Origin: the human T2T-CHM13v2.0 reference genome, Homo sapiens
Length of the DNA: 64,000 bases
Reading direction: 5' to 3' (one strand)
NCBI RefSeq assembly: GCF_009914755.1
Contig: NC_060946.1
The notes beneath the pieces were generated by a model. The model did not search any database. It saw only the letters and a program-made list of their open reading frames with translations, and had not been told where the DNA came from. The position numbers were made by a program, and so were the translations under genes. Below are positions 38,459 to 52,089 of the stretch, piece after piece; position 1 is the first letter of the stretch; each line of letters opens with the position of its first letter.

Positions 38459-40849
38459 CTCGTGCCAGCTCCCTTTATTCAAGCAAGGGCTTCCGAAAGC
38501 GTGTGTGTAATTCCGAGCTATAAATTGAATCGTATTTTTAAATGCACTAGGGGGACTTGCTATTTAAAGAAATAGTGATGTAAATCCTTTTTATAAAATG
38601 AAGACATCTTGAGTAATGTGAATAATTGCTCCTTGACATATCTGTTTATAAGTTGATATTTTTAAGGATCAGAAAGACTGGTGCATTTTTAAAAAATTCA
38701 TTTGACAAATATTTGTGAAGTCATGCTCTGTGCCAGGCTGGGTGTTGGAAGTGGGTGTGATTGCAGTATGACCCCAACCCTTAAGGACTCACAAACCCAG
38801 GTACATTCATTGGTACTGTTGTCTTGGGGATCTGGGGACAAGCATCAGCCTGCTAAGGTAGAATCTTGCCTTCTCTACTTTCTAGCTGTGTGTCCCTGGG
38901 CCTCTTACTTAATCTCTCTGAACCTCAACTGTCATGTGTGTCAGCTGATGGTGATAAAAGTGCTTACCTCCTACCAGTCATGAAGATAGAATAAGACAGT
39001 ACATGTAAACTGATTGGAAAATTGCCTTGCCTAATACGTATTTGCTTTTATCATTAGAAGGTGAGGTGGGGAAGCGTCCATGTGGAATGCCCACCATGGG
39101 AAAGCTTCTGCCACTAGAGTCCTGAAGATCTGTGTGGGTTTACCTCTTCCTATCAGCTACAGGACTCAGCCTCAGTTTCTCCATCTGCACAATGAGGGCA
39201 ATAATACCTACGAAATGAAGACATGTCGAACTCTAAGAAAAATAGGTTTATTTAGTGTTTCAGAGACAATTTAAGAAATTACAATCATTCTTTTCGTTTT
39301 AGTAGGTAGAAGATTATTAATTTAAGCCTGTTCCCATTTCCCCCTCAACTCCCCACTCTCTGCACATGGAAGAGGATTTTAGCTTAGAACGGTAATGTCT
39401 CTTTTCTCCCTAATGGGTGCCTTTTGGTAGAGCTTCTGTGGATGTGCCCAGCTCTGAGCCAAGGGGGCCCCATGGAGTCCTGCATCAACGGGGTGCTGGA
39501 AGTGCCCGTTGTTTGCACAGGCTGAACACGCAGGAGAAGGTGGCTGTTCATTTGTACTAGTGCCTGTGGAAGACAGACCAGCCTTAGTTTTAGATATAGG
39601 ATAACAATGTTAGATGTAGATAATAATCTTTTGCTCCCATTTTGTGGATGGGAAAACTGAGGTCCTACAGCGTTCAGAAGAAGCAGAACCACACCAAATC
39701 TGCAATGTAGGAAAATTCCAGGTTGGAAAATACCTCTGACAGTGGGTGTCTCCCTTTACAAAACCACAGCTCTCTTGGAGGATGGTTTCATTACAGGGCA
39801 TGGGAGAGCCTTTAGTGTCCAATTGTGGCCCTCCTGAGGGCAGAAGATTGGACTGGGGTTGACAAATGGAATGGGGGTGTTAGAAAACCAGGAGAGAGTG
39901 GGATGCAAGCTGGTGTCCCACTGTGAGTCCCGTTTCAGGCAGTTGCCTAAAAATAGTCCTGCTGTGGACTATGAATGGATGAGCGTCACCTCTAGTTCCT
40001 GGCCCCAGGCTGCTGAGTGGACTCTGTGAGACAAGGGCTCTCTGAGGCCATGTAGCCCCACCCTTCCCTCTGAACGTACAGATGAGCTAAGAGACTGGCT
40101 AGGGCCACCCATTCAGTGAGTGAGATTAGGCACCTAGGGCTCACACCTCACTGGTTCTCTTTGAATCCTCATAATGGCTTGAAACTTGGGGTGCATTTGG
40201 TCCTTATTCATGTATTTAACAAACACAGAACATTTGTCATCTGCCAGCTCTCGGTGCTTTCTAGACTTAGCTCATGTCATCCTGATCAGAGTGACCCTTT
40301 AAAACAGGTACTACTATTATCCCCATTTCACGGATGTATTAACTGAGACATAGAGACTTAAATCCTTGGTCAAGCTCACAAAGCTAGTGAGCTGCAAACT
40401 GGGCCCAGGGTCTCTGCTTCTAACCACCTCACTATGCCACTTGGCCTCTCGTGAAGAGAAACTCATTCCCCTTAAACTTCTCTTTCATTTTCTTCTGATT
40501 TCATCAAGAAGAAAGTCTCAACTTGGTGTTAGTCTGCCTTTAACACTTTTCCAATGCTTACTAATATTTTTTAACAAAGAGAAAGCAGGCCTCAGGCTCC
40601 GAGCCTTCCTGGCAACTGTGTTTAATGGGAAGTGTTATGAGGGTAGTATGTCCATGAGGAACTTTGGGAAACACTGTCTTTTGTAGAAATAGATTCTGAG
40701 GGACGCAGAGACTTGCATGAGGTCTCCGGACAGGCAGGTCACTCAACAAGAAGTAAAAAAAAATTTGGTCTTTTTGACCACCTGCTGTCTTGAGCTTTTT
40801 CAATCCAATTCAGTTCAAAACCGATTCAACAAACAGCTTTAGAATGACT

Positions 40850-41400
40850 GGCAAGAGGCATAACGCATATGTGAATACTGTGAGAATCATAAACGTTATA
40901 CAAATGTAATGGATCATGAATGCATTATTTTTTTATTGGGGGGAGCTTATTTCTTTAGTTATACTTCTTTTCCTGCAGATACTTTTAGCCTGAAAGGGTT
41001 ACAATCCCAAGGAAAGCTTTTTTGTAAGCACAAAGAACTAATATTAGCAGATTGGGGTTTCTGTAAATATTCATTGTAATCTGTGACTTGGTGAGCATCA
41101 AATTCCACCCTCCCGAAAGCTGCACATTTATAACTTGTGAATTCATAAATATTTACGAATTCACACAATCATCACTGACAAATTATTTCATCTGACAGCT
41201 CCACACAGGCTCAGCCTGGTTTTGTGAAATTCTGATCAAATCTCGCGTAAACTTCCCGGGTGACAAGCAGAGACCGAACACAGCTAAAATCACACCAGAT
41301 CCTGCAGATTCTAGTGGGTCAGTAACTGATATTTACGAAAACAACAACTCCAACAAGAGAGATTTTGTTTTGTGATGGGCTGCCAGATGTTCTCAACAAC
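40850..41400. promoter_or_regulatory. Candidate enhancer with posterior-HOX/CDX-type motif cluster and 30-bp palindrome
   Basis: TTTACGA x2, TCATAAA x2, CGTAAA, TGACAG/TGACAA; palindrome at 41136-41165. Confidence 0.45.
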
Positions 41401-41479
41401 TGTACACATATTTATAGAGACAAGTCTTTGAAGGTGTCAAAAATGGGGCCTTGTCAGGAGGAGGGAGGTGAGCTTGGAA

Positions 41480-41685
41480 TCTGGACAGGCTGGGTTTGAA
41501 TCCAGAGTTGGCTATTGAGATCTGTGTGTTCTGTAACAGGTTTCCAAACCTTGCTGAGCCTCAGTTTCTCAGGTTTGAATTCAGGAAAATAAAAGGAGCA
41601 ATGTAATAAGATTGCCAGAGTGAAACTCTTGGCCGAGGGTCTACCACATAGTAGGCAGCTCAATACATCTTGGTTTTATTATTAT
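41480..41685 (+). mobile_element. MIR SINE
   Basis: CTGGGTTTGAATCC..GAGCCTCAGTTTCTC..CACATAGTAGGCAGCTCAATA. Confidence 0.8.
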
Positions 41686-42239
41686 TGTGGCAAATAAGAG
41701 TTTAAATCATCATGATTTCCAGCATGACCAAGTTTTCAGTGAGTTTGAATGTATACAGAGGAAGAGTTGCTTCAAAGTCCTTTTCCTGCGTTTCTCCCTG
41801 ACGTTGCTTGGGAGCATGTTTCTGTGTGGCTTTCATTGTGCCCCCAAAAATAAATCATGTGTCTCCCACGCAAAGACTGCAGGACACCCTAAGCATCTGT
41901 CTACCAATTGGACTTATTCTTTCATTTATGCACCTTTGCAAGGACAAGAAATAACTTGCCTATTTATTTTACTTTTTTCCAATTTAGTAATTGAACATCA
42001 TGCTGTTGAATATGAGTTTGCTTCCAGATGAGTCAGAAAAAACTCCCACCATTGTTGATCAGGGTTGAATAAGGAGACCTCAAGCCATGTCTGGAGGAGA
42101 AAATCTGACTCTGGTGATGAGAGCTAGGTCTGCCCGTGGCTTAGCTTAGCCCTGGCAGATGGAAGCAGTCCAATTTATTACAATGATTATGGTTTAGCTT
42201 TGACTCAATGCGGGGCACTGGAGTCCTGCTGGGGCAGCT

Positions 42240-42620
42240 ATAAAGGCTGGATCAGATCATGCTATTCCTTGGCTTAAAGCATCTAGTAGCTTCCCATAGT
42301 GCCCCATATAGCTCTGGTTATCCCACGTGTCCCTGACTCTGTGGCTGCCCTGGACACCTTCTATTTTTTGAACAAATCCATCTCATTCCCATCTCAGGGT
42401 TCTTGCCCTTGCTGTTCCTTCTGCCTAAAATCTTTCCCCACCCTGCCAGTTCTTCCCTCTGTCTGTACTCATCACCCATTACCCAATCACTCTCTTTTTG
42501 TTACTCTTGTTTCCTTCATAGCACTTACCAATTGAAACGCTAATGTCTCTACTTTTTTCTTATTTTCTGTCTCTATCCACTCACTCTGAAGTCTGCAAAG
42601 GCAGGATCTCAACTGCCTTA
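42240..42620 (+). mobile_element. L2 LINE fragment
   Basis: GATCAGATCATGCTATTCCTTGGCTTAAAGC, CTTGCTGTTCCTTCTGCCT, TTCCTTCATAGCACTTACCA. Confidence 0.7.
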
Positions 42621-42622
42621 CC

Positions 42623-42897
42623 ATGGATGGATGGATGGATGGATGGATGGATGGATGGATGGATGGATAATGGTTGGATGGATAGGAGAGAGGGAAGGAG
42701 GAAGGATAAAAGTGGGAAAGAAGGGAAGAGTGGAAAGGAAGGAGAAAGGAAGAAAGGAAAAGAGGGAGAAAGAAAAAGGCAATAAAGGAAATGAAAAAAA
42801 CAAGATGGAAGGATGAATGGATGGATAAATGGACAGTGGATGGGTGAAAGGAAAGGAGGGAGGAAGGGAGGAACAAAGGGAAGGAGAGAGATTAGAT
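42623..42897. repeat. (ATGG)n tetranucleotide repeat plus GA-rich tract
   Basis: About 11 perfect ATGG units at 42623-42668, then purine-rich low complexity. Confidence 0.95.
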
Positions 42898-43808
42898 GAA
42901 CCTGGTATTTCCCAAACTCAGTTGACCACAAAACCTTCTTTGTCAAAGATACACCTGTTTATAACACTTTGGGAAAGAAAACAAAACTACTCAGCACTCT
43001 GACCCCATCGCAGAGAGAAGGACACACAGTCATAGCCCTTAGCTCTGGTCTATATACATACACTATTTTATTGATTTGCTTGCTTTTATTTTTCACCTTC
43101 TTACCTTCCCCCAGACAGCAACCACCTGATCTCACACAGGCTCAGGGCACCACATGGCGCCGGGCACCACTTTGCCGCTGCAGCTCAGCCCAGAGCCTGC
43201 CGTCGGCACCTCGAGCCCACCGTGCAGTTGCTCAGCCCGTCTGCCTCCTCCATGAGCCACGGGTCCTCAGAGCGTCAGCAGAACAGCCGGGCCCGACTGC
43301 AAAGCCCGCAGTAGCACCAGCCTCGGAGGGAAACGAGATCTTGAATGGAAACATATGGATCTGAGAGGTGTGGGAGTCTGTCTTTTTTAAATTGCATCAA
43401 ACCCTTCCCTTGCCTTGAGAGCTCTATGTGTTTCAAAGGCGCTGAACGCGATGGCAGGCTGCAGTTTGCTTTTCCCTGTTCACCTGCCTTCAGAGCGCCG
43501 AAAAATAATGAACCTCTCCCCTCACCCCGCCTTCAGCCTGCACAAGGAAGACGGAAAACAAGCAGCAACCTTCTTCCTAACCGTTTAACATGTCTCGACG
43601 CCTTCTTTTCCCCCATAGAAGGAATTGGCATTTTTTTTATATTCCTCTTTTTGCAAGACGTGTTTGTGCTGTGCAGATCAAACCCCTTTATTCCCAGTTT
43701 CTTGTTGGCTCCTGTGTTCTGGAACTTCAGAATGCCGTAGTAGGGAAGGCAGGGCTGGGGCCTGCAGAAAACGAGAGGAAACACTGGCTTGCAGATAGCA
43801 GAGTTCTC

Positions 43809-43928
43809 ATTCATTCATTCATTCATTCACACAGCAAGCATTACACACTCAGCCTGCCCAGTAACTTTCATCCACTCATCCATCCATCCATCCATCCATC
43901 CATCCACCCATCTATCCATTCATTCATT
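43809..43928. repeat. (ATTC)n/(CATC)n simple repeats
   Basis: Tetranucleotide runs, probably derived from an L2 tail. Confidence 0.85.
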
Positions 43929-45125
43929 GGGTCTCCCACTATGTGCCTAGCATTATGCCGGGCACCAGGACCAGACATTCAAGTTTCAATAACACTGTTT
44001 TCAGAGACCACACTGCAGCTTGCAGATGTGAGGCCGGCTTTATTTTTAGCAGGAAAGCTAGTGGGGAAGCTAAATCAGCACAGGCTATCCCAAGGAAAGG
44101 CTTCAATGCTTGTAGGCAAAAGTCGGAGAAGGGGATGGAGGTGAGGAGTCAGGAGTGAGAGGCGCTATGCACATTTGATTCAGGAGTCGCCAGCACCCTG
44201 CCAGGAGGTAAGAACAGCCCCATTTTGCTGATGGGAAAACTGAGGCTCAGAGACAGGAAGAGCTGGAAGCAAGCTCATGCCGCAGTAAGATGGGCACAGG
44301 TCTCTGTGTGGTCAGTAAATGACCAGAGCCACAATCATTATATAATCAGGACACGGTGGGAGGGGCATAAAGGGGGTCAGAAGCTTCGTCACATTTTACC
44401 CTTACTACGGCCCCCATGAGGGTGGGGTAGGTTTTCTTACTGCCCCTGTTTTGCAGATGAGGAGATCTAGGCTCTGAGAGGCTCAGGTTTATTTAAGGTC
44501 GCACAATTGACAAAACCAGGATTGATTTCAATGCTTCCCCCTGCCACCCCCCACCCCCAACACACAGTCAGCTCAGCCAGATTCTACCCACACATGGCAG
44601 CTTGGAGGACACTTGGAGCCCTGAGTGTGGCTTTTCCCGACAAAGCCAGCGCTCAATTATTGGGAAGTGCCTCCCCCAGCCATTTCTGCATCCATTTGAG
44701 AAAAATAAATAAAGCTGGAGTCTGACTCTGCGGTGATAAGATGACAGGGGTGGACAGAGCGGGAGGTCAGCTGGCTTTGCAATGCCCCTGGCGAGAACAG
44801 ACAGCATTCCCCACCATTAATGGGGTTCCTACACACACCCCCACACCCAGCCTTGGGGAAGTGCTGCTAATTGAATCTGCATAAGAACCTAAGCCTTCAC
44901 CACTCCTTCCTGTCCATTTGATCTGATTACTTTTTTTGTTATAGTAGCAATGGCTTTAGTAATGTTCAGTTATGATTAAGGGGACAGGAATCTAAGAAAG
45001 GATAGATCTGTTAAAGTCACATGGACCTTCCTCTTCCTCTCAGCCCACTCCCACCCCAGCTGGAAAAAATTTAAACAGTTTTCAGGAAATGTGGGCTCTG
45101 TGTTAGGTTAGGGCAGTAAAGACTT

Positions 45126-45128
<3 letters not shown>

Positions 45129-45164
<36 letters not shown>
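45129..45164. repeat. (GT)n microsatellite
   Basis: Pure GT run of 18 units. Confidence 0.97.
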
Positions 45165-45167
<3 letters not shown>

Positions 45168-45636
45168 GATCAAAAAGCCCAGATAATTCATGTTTTTCTT
45201 GGGTTGTTCCAAACTGTCTTCTTTCCTTTCCTCTTCTTCTCCTCTACCTGAGAAGATGTTATTTTTGTTTTAAATGGAGATTATTATCCTTCAAACAGAA
45301 ATATTGCCTCCAAATTTGGAGTAAGCAGATAATGAGGCCACTCTGGCAATTTCACACCGATGACAAGAGAAACATCTACATGACTGATTGACAGTTGCCA
45401 CGGGAAAAGCAGAACCCTCCGAAATCCCTCCTCGGCTGGCTGCAGAAGGGTGGGTGGTGCGGGAGGGGGCCGGGGCTGAGAGATGGTCTGGTCTGAGGAA
45501 GCAGGGAAGCCTGGTGGCCCTGTGACCTCTGCCCACAATCTGTGGGGTCTTCACCACCTCGTCAGACATTTGAGCTGACAACTGTGTGAAATTGAAAATT
45601 GTGGAGCTGATTAAATGATGTATTTAAGGCTTCATG

Positions 45637-46137
45637 AAAGGAGGAGGTGGGTATGGGAGTGAGGAGGGGAAGAGTGAGGAGAGATGAAGGAGAGGGGAAG
45701 AGGGAGGGGGCAGGAGGAAGAGGGATAGGAAAAGAGAGAAAGGAGGAGAGTGGGGAGAGAGAAGAAGAGACAGAGAGAGATTGGGAGAGGGGAGAGAAAT
45801 GGAGAATGGGAGAGAGAGGCAAAAGGAGGGAGAGGCAAGGAGGAAGATGGAGAGGAAGGGAGAAAAGGAAGGAGGAAGGGGTGAACGGAAAACAGAGAAT
45901 TGAGAATTTAGAAGGAGAAAGAGAAGAAGAAGGGAGGAAATAAAAAAGATGAAACATGCAGGCAGAAATGACGAAAAGATGGAGAAAAAGAAATGAGAGA
46001 GACAAATATCTCCAGGAGAGAAGGAAAAGAGGAAAAATAGCGGAGGAGGAAGGAAGAGGAAAGAGAAAGAAAGAGAGAGATGAGGGTGCAGGGAAGAGAG
46101 ACGAAGAGAGGAAGGGGGCCGAGCTGGGGAGGGGGAG
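45637..46137. repeat. ~500-bp polypurine (GA-rich) low-complexity tract
   Basis: Almost all A/G on the + strand; explains the R/E/K-rich and L/S/P-rich ORFs. Confidence 0.92.
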
Positions 46138-46680
46138 GCCGCGCAGACGACGCTGCCGGGAGGGCTGGTGGAGGAGCAGGAAGTCTGGGGGCTCAGATGC
46201 GCGCCCTCGGTCCACCCCCTCTCTCCCCTGTAATGTGGGGAGGGTTTATCTCACCAGGAGCAGCAGGCTCAGTCACTGATCTAATCAAATTATTCAGCAT
46301 TAAAAAACTGCCAAGACATTCCAGTACTTCAGCTCCCAGAGACCCAGCTGGGATCAAATGCTAATCAACATCGCCACGATATTTATTCCCACTGTCAGGC
46401 TGCTGCGTGTTTGTTTTCCGAGGGCTGCATACTAAAGCGGAGGAGCGAGATGGATCGGCCCAGTGGCCGGGAGATGAGGAGCCGAGGACGGCAGGGAGGA
46501 GGCCAGGCAGGTGGGGAAGAGAAGGCCGGACCCAGGAGAGGCACCCACAGAGCTCACAGGGCGGGGCAATGGCCCCGAAATCACCCCACCAAAATGTCCG
46601 GCGTCCTTTTCCAAGATGCCCTCTCCTCACCTCCACTCTCATGAGTCCCATTTCAAGGCAAGTCAGCGGCGGGTCTGGAC
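46120..46680. promoter_or_regulatory. CpG-enriched candidate regulatory element
   Basis: Local CpG excess around a homeobox-rich core CTAATCAAATTATTCAGCATTAAA..ATCAAATGCTAATCAAC, plus TGTTTGTT (FOX). Confidence 0.4.
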
Positions 46681-47369
46681 TCAGAGAGGCTGACCTTTGA
46701 ACTCAGCCTCTGTGATTCCAGGTACACGGTTTAACCTCTTTGGGCTTTGTGCTTTCTCCTCTGTCGCCTGGGGCCCTAAGCCCACCCCACCAGCTAGCCA
46801 GGGATTCACTGAGAGGGAGGTGATAAAAGAAGCAGGGCCAGACGGATGCTGGTCCGGGCCCTCGCTGTGTGACTGTGTGCAGCTTACTTAACCTCTCTGT
46901 GCCTCAAGTTTTCTCCTTGGTAACTGGGGATAACAATAGTGACCAATCCCACGAGGGTATCTGTTTAAGTGAATTAATACCCAGAAAGCATATATGAGCA
47001 CTCAGTATATGTTAGGAATAATTACTAGCTCTCCACATTTTTGCAAGAGTTGGATGAAATAATGCATGTAAAATATTAGCAGGGGAGCTGGAATGGATGA
47101 GATCTGATCCCGATTATCAGGATCAAAGAATGAATCAAATGCCCACACTGTCATTGCGTTCGGGTTGCTGGGCTCTTACCTCTCTCAGGGATCCCTCCCT
47201 GGATCCCAGAGGGGCCTCTGAGCCAAGATCGCAGGCCCCGGGATGCCTTCCCTGCAGGGGCAGCAGAAACCAGGAAGGACCCTCCCAGACTCATGCCTGA
47301 ACTTGGCACCCTTCTCCTGGGATCCTGCCCACCCCTCGCCCCCTCCCTGAAGGTCACAGCACAGGGGGG

Positions 47370-47700
47370 AAGACGAATTAATTTCCTTTGTTTTTCAGAG
47401 TTTCATTTTTTAAATTACAGCCTTCCCTCCTCTCTAATAAATACTCAACAATTAAAGCTTTTTTTTCTCAAAGTGTGATTTCAACATTTCAATGTCCCTC
47501 CCCTCCTGTCACCTTCGCTGCCATAAACAGATTCGTAAAAACTGCTTTTGACGCCCCAGCTGCCATTAGCCACTTAAAATCCCGTAATTATCATCCTATC
47601 ACGGGCCTGTTAACGAGCAGTAAAAATAAGGCCATTGAATATGGTAATTTATTCGTAAATTAGCCTAATGAGAATAGGTTTCAGACACTGTTTACTTGCG
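47370..47700. promoter_or_regulatory. Candidate enhancer-like block with posterior-HOX/CDX-type motifs
   Basis: CCATAAA, TTCGTAAAA, CGTAATTA, TTCGTAAAT and multiple TAAT cores in repeat-free DNA. Confidence 0.45.
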
Positions 47701-48212
47701 GGCTGCCTGCGCCAGGCCCAGGCAGCAGCGACAGGAGCTATGCCTGGGAGGGCGGCTGGGCGCCCACCGGGTGGCAATGCCCCCTCCCCATGGCTCTGCA
47801 CCCATGGCATCCATTCTTGTTCCCTTCATCAAGATGGCATCTGGCTCCGTGGGCTGTGGGGACAAGCGACAGCCCTGCCTGCCCTAGCCTGGCTCCAGAC
47901 AGTAAGATATGAATGTCAGGGCCTATGGTCAGTGCTGATCGCTACTGGGAAACCTTTACATGCTCGGTGACCTTGGGCATATCACTCTCTGGCCCTCAGT
48001 TTTCTCATCTGCAAAATGGGATTAATGTGCCAACTAATGAGGTTATTTTGAAGATGAAGCAAGGTAACATATAGAAATGCTTGGGACAGGGCCTAGCACA
48101 GAGTTAGGTGCTTTCTACATATATTATAGCCACTATTATGATCTTTGGGACGTTAGCCCCAGCAGATAAAATCCAGGGCTGGCTGACTTACCCTAAAAAA
48201 TTATCCCTACTG

Positions 48213-49090
<878 letters not shown>

Positions 49091-50489
49091 TCCAAGGTTT
49101 TGGCCTGAATACCTGGGAGAAGAGAGGCGCCATCTTCTGAAACTTGGCTTTGGCTAAAAGTTGGGCAGAAGAAAGAGCCTGGGGTCTGAGTTGGGCTCAG
49201 CTGTACCGTAAACCAGGTGTCCAATGGTCAGTGGAGCTCTGCGAGGGCAAAGACTCTGTCCTCTCAGCTTGACCAGCATATGATGTATGTAATGAATATT
49301 TGCTGAGCAAACCACACACCAGGCACCTCGCTGGCCCTGGACCAGTTTGGCAAAGCCCCAGTCTGCCCACCAGGGCTCCAGGCTGACAAGTTCAGCAGGT
49401 ATCAAAGGAAGCTTCGTGGGAAGTACTTTTACTTTCCACTGGGTGAGTCTGTGGCCTCTGAAGCCCAGAGGAGGCCCCAACCAGTCCGGGGGTCTCAGAG
49501 ACGTCTTACTGGGCTTGTGGGCTTCATTCACGTGTTGATTGTTCAGTAGGGAGGAACTGCCAAGTCCCCAAGGTGGTAACGGAACACGATGCACACTAAG
49601 GCCAGCAAGTGAATGTGCCCGAGCCTCAGTTTCCTCATCTGTAAAATGGGCCCAATGATCTGTACCTCCTAAAACCTGGTGGGGCATGACTGAGATCTAG
49701 CACGTCAAGCGTGCAGTGTGGTACTAGGCTGTATGTAGCAAACAGAAGCTGCCGTTGTGGCAGCTGTGGTCATTATTAGCATTCTTAGTGATCCACCTCT
49801 TCCTCCGAGTCTGCAAAGACTGGCGGCTTGGCTAGGCATCCTGACTTCTCTGCCTCATCACCCTCTTCTCCCTCCATCCTCAACTTGTTCCAGGTCCCTT
49901 TGTCCCCTAAACATTCCACCTGAAACCAAACATGAGGCAGACCCCAAGACTCAAACCCTTAAGGAGAACTGCATTGTTCTCATGCTCCAGATGAGGAAAT
50001 TGAGGCTCAGAGAGGTGAAGGGACTGCCCAGGGTTGTCCAAGCTTACTGCCCACTTTGTCTGAACCAGCCTAGTGCTCCCTTGCTCCCCTTTAATCTGGT
50101 CCCAGTGCTGCCCCAAGGATCTCCTAGCACCTGATGCAGTGATATCCAACTCAACCCCAAACCCAGACCAGGCTCGAGGCACCTGTGACTGAGCTCCAAG
50201 CTTTCTCCCAGGCTGGAGGTGGAGGCTGGAAGCACTGGATGCTAGTCCTGTCTCTGCCCCTGACTATTGCTGTGTGACTGCAGGCAAGCCTCTTACCTTC
50301 TCTGGTTCTCTGTTTATATATACATATAAGTGATAAATATAAATTATGAATACTTACAGGGATTTATTATTATGGTGATTAAATGAAGAAAGCTTATGTC
50401 CACGGGGGTTTATCAACCACCTCCCAGTGCCTTGCTTAGTGTGTTAGGAATAGCAGGCAGCTGGCAGCAGGTCCATAAATTAAGTAATT

Positions 50490-50960
50490 AAACGAATATT
50501 TATTGAGCACTTTCTAAATGTTAAGCACTGGTGAGCCAAACAGACACAGTCCGCCTTGGGACTCACAGTCTGGTAGGGAGATGGACACTTTCTTGATTAT
50601 CACTGGCTAGATGTAAACTGCACCTGTGACAAGAGGTCACATAATGGGAACATGGAACATGGTGTCATGAGCAGAAACCTGACATAGCTGGGGGTCAAGG
50701 AATGCCTCCCTGAGGCCATCATCACTGAAATGGATGGTCTCTGCAACAGATACCTAAAGGAGGACAAATGGGCCAAATAATAGGAGCAGACAGAGTGCTC
50801 CAGGCAGCAGGGATGGCACATGCAAAGGCCCTGGGGCAGGGAGAGCCCAACAAAGTGCCAGTGTGGCTGGAGCCCAGATGTGGAGGGGGCACTGATGTGG
50901 GACAAGATGGGAGCAGTGAGCAGGGGCCAGGCCATACAAGAGCCTATAGGCCTTGAAGAA
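50490..50960 (-). mobile_element. L2 LINE 3' fragment
   Basis: ATATTTATTGAGCAC..CTCACAGTCTGGTAGGGAGATGGAC..TGCAAAGGCCCTGGGGCAGG. Confidence 0.8.
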
Positions 50961-51086
50961 CAGTCAGACCAACATCTCAACAATAATAATAGCTTGAAGT
51001 GAGGGCACCTGAGCAAATCAGTGTATGGAGAATGGTGACAGGGGTCTACATATGGCATCAAAGAAGTAAGTTAGAAGGCTCTTTGA

Positions 51087-51289
51087 TTCATGGATCAGAA
51101 GGAAAAAATAAAAGCAGGGAGCAAAGGATGCCAAGTACAGTTATTCAGGTTGTGGACTGCACAAAGGCCTTGCAGAGCCATATCCTTGCCTTCATGGCCC
51201 AGAAAAAATGAATAAAGGCAGGAAGCAAGGGAGGTCAAGTACAAATATTCAGGTTGTTGACTACACAAGGGCTTTGCAGGGCTAGGTCC
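51087..51289. repeat. Diverged 104-bp tandem duplication containing a MER91-like end
   Basis: Copies start at 51087 and 51191; ungapped, about 79% identical by hand alignment. Confidence 0.85.
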
Positions 51290-52089
51290 ACTTGAAGAAG
51301 GGGTTATTTTCTCCACCTCCCATCTTCTCTCTATCTCTCTCCTTTCCCTGCCCTGACTCCCCATGATATAACCTTCCTGATTCAGGCTTAAGTTCTCATG
51401 TCTTCAACAGTGTCCTCGCAGGTTGCAGGAACCAGATGCCTACATCTCAGCAACTCACCCCAGCCCTGATCCTCCCACTTTCATAAAAGAAAGAAATGAG
51501 TCTCAGAGAGATCCAGCGACTTTTCCAAGATCACACAAGCCCAGAGTGGGCAGAACCATGGTTCATGCTAAAATCTGCTGCCCCGTCTAAGGTTTTTTTC
51601 TCTCACTGTGATTGTCAGGAAGCAAACCACCAATTCAGATGTCACCATTGGTGGCACATCCTTGGGCAATCTGTCCCTTTCAGGAGCCTGTCACAGGCCA
51701 TGAAAGGAAAGTAGGGCCACATTTCTGATTTCTATTTGCTCCTCAGGGCCCAATCTCTAGCTCACACTCTGCTCACACTCTTGCAAAAGAAAGGGCCATG
51801 TTAGACTGAAGCCAGAGCCATCGGGACCTGGATTTGTTCTTTCCTTGAAACCACAGGATACCCATGGCTTCACCTCCAGATCCACAATTTAAACCACCAT
51901 ATATTCAGATCCATGTAAAAGTTTGGACCCATAGGCAACATTTTTGAAAAATCACACAGTCCCCATTACTCCCCTTCATGGCCTCATCACCTCGACTTCT
52001 GCTGGGGACCTGGGCCATTTTCCTTCCACCCCCCTGACAGAGGCTGTGAGTTTTCAGGGGCAATGGTGATGAGGTTTCTGACCGACTTT

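Noticed and set aside
45562-46279. Long R/E/K-rich and L/S/P-rich ORFs (also 42487-42946, 57238-57654)
   Set aside because: Stop-poor polypurine simple sequence.
33489-46364. Shared 12-mer ATCAAATGCTAA in two enhancer-like blocks (33489-33500, 46353-46364)
   Set aside because: Around a hundred 12-mer pairs are expected by chance in a window this size.
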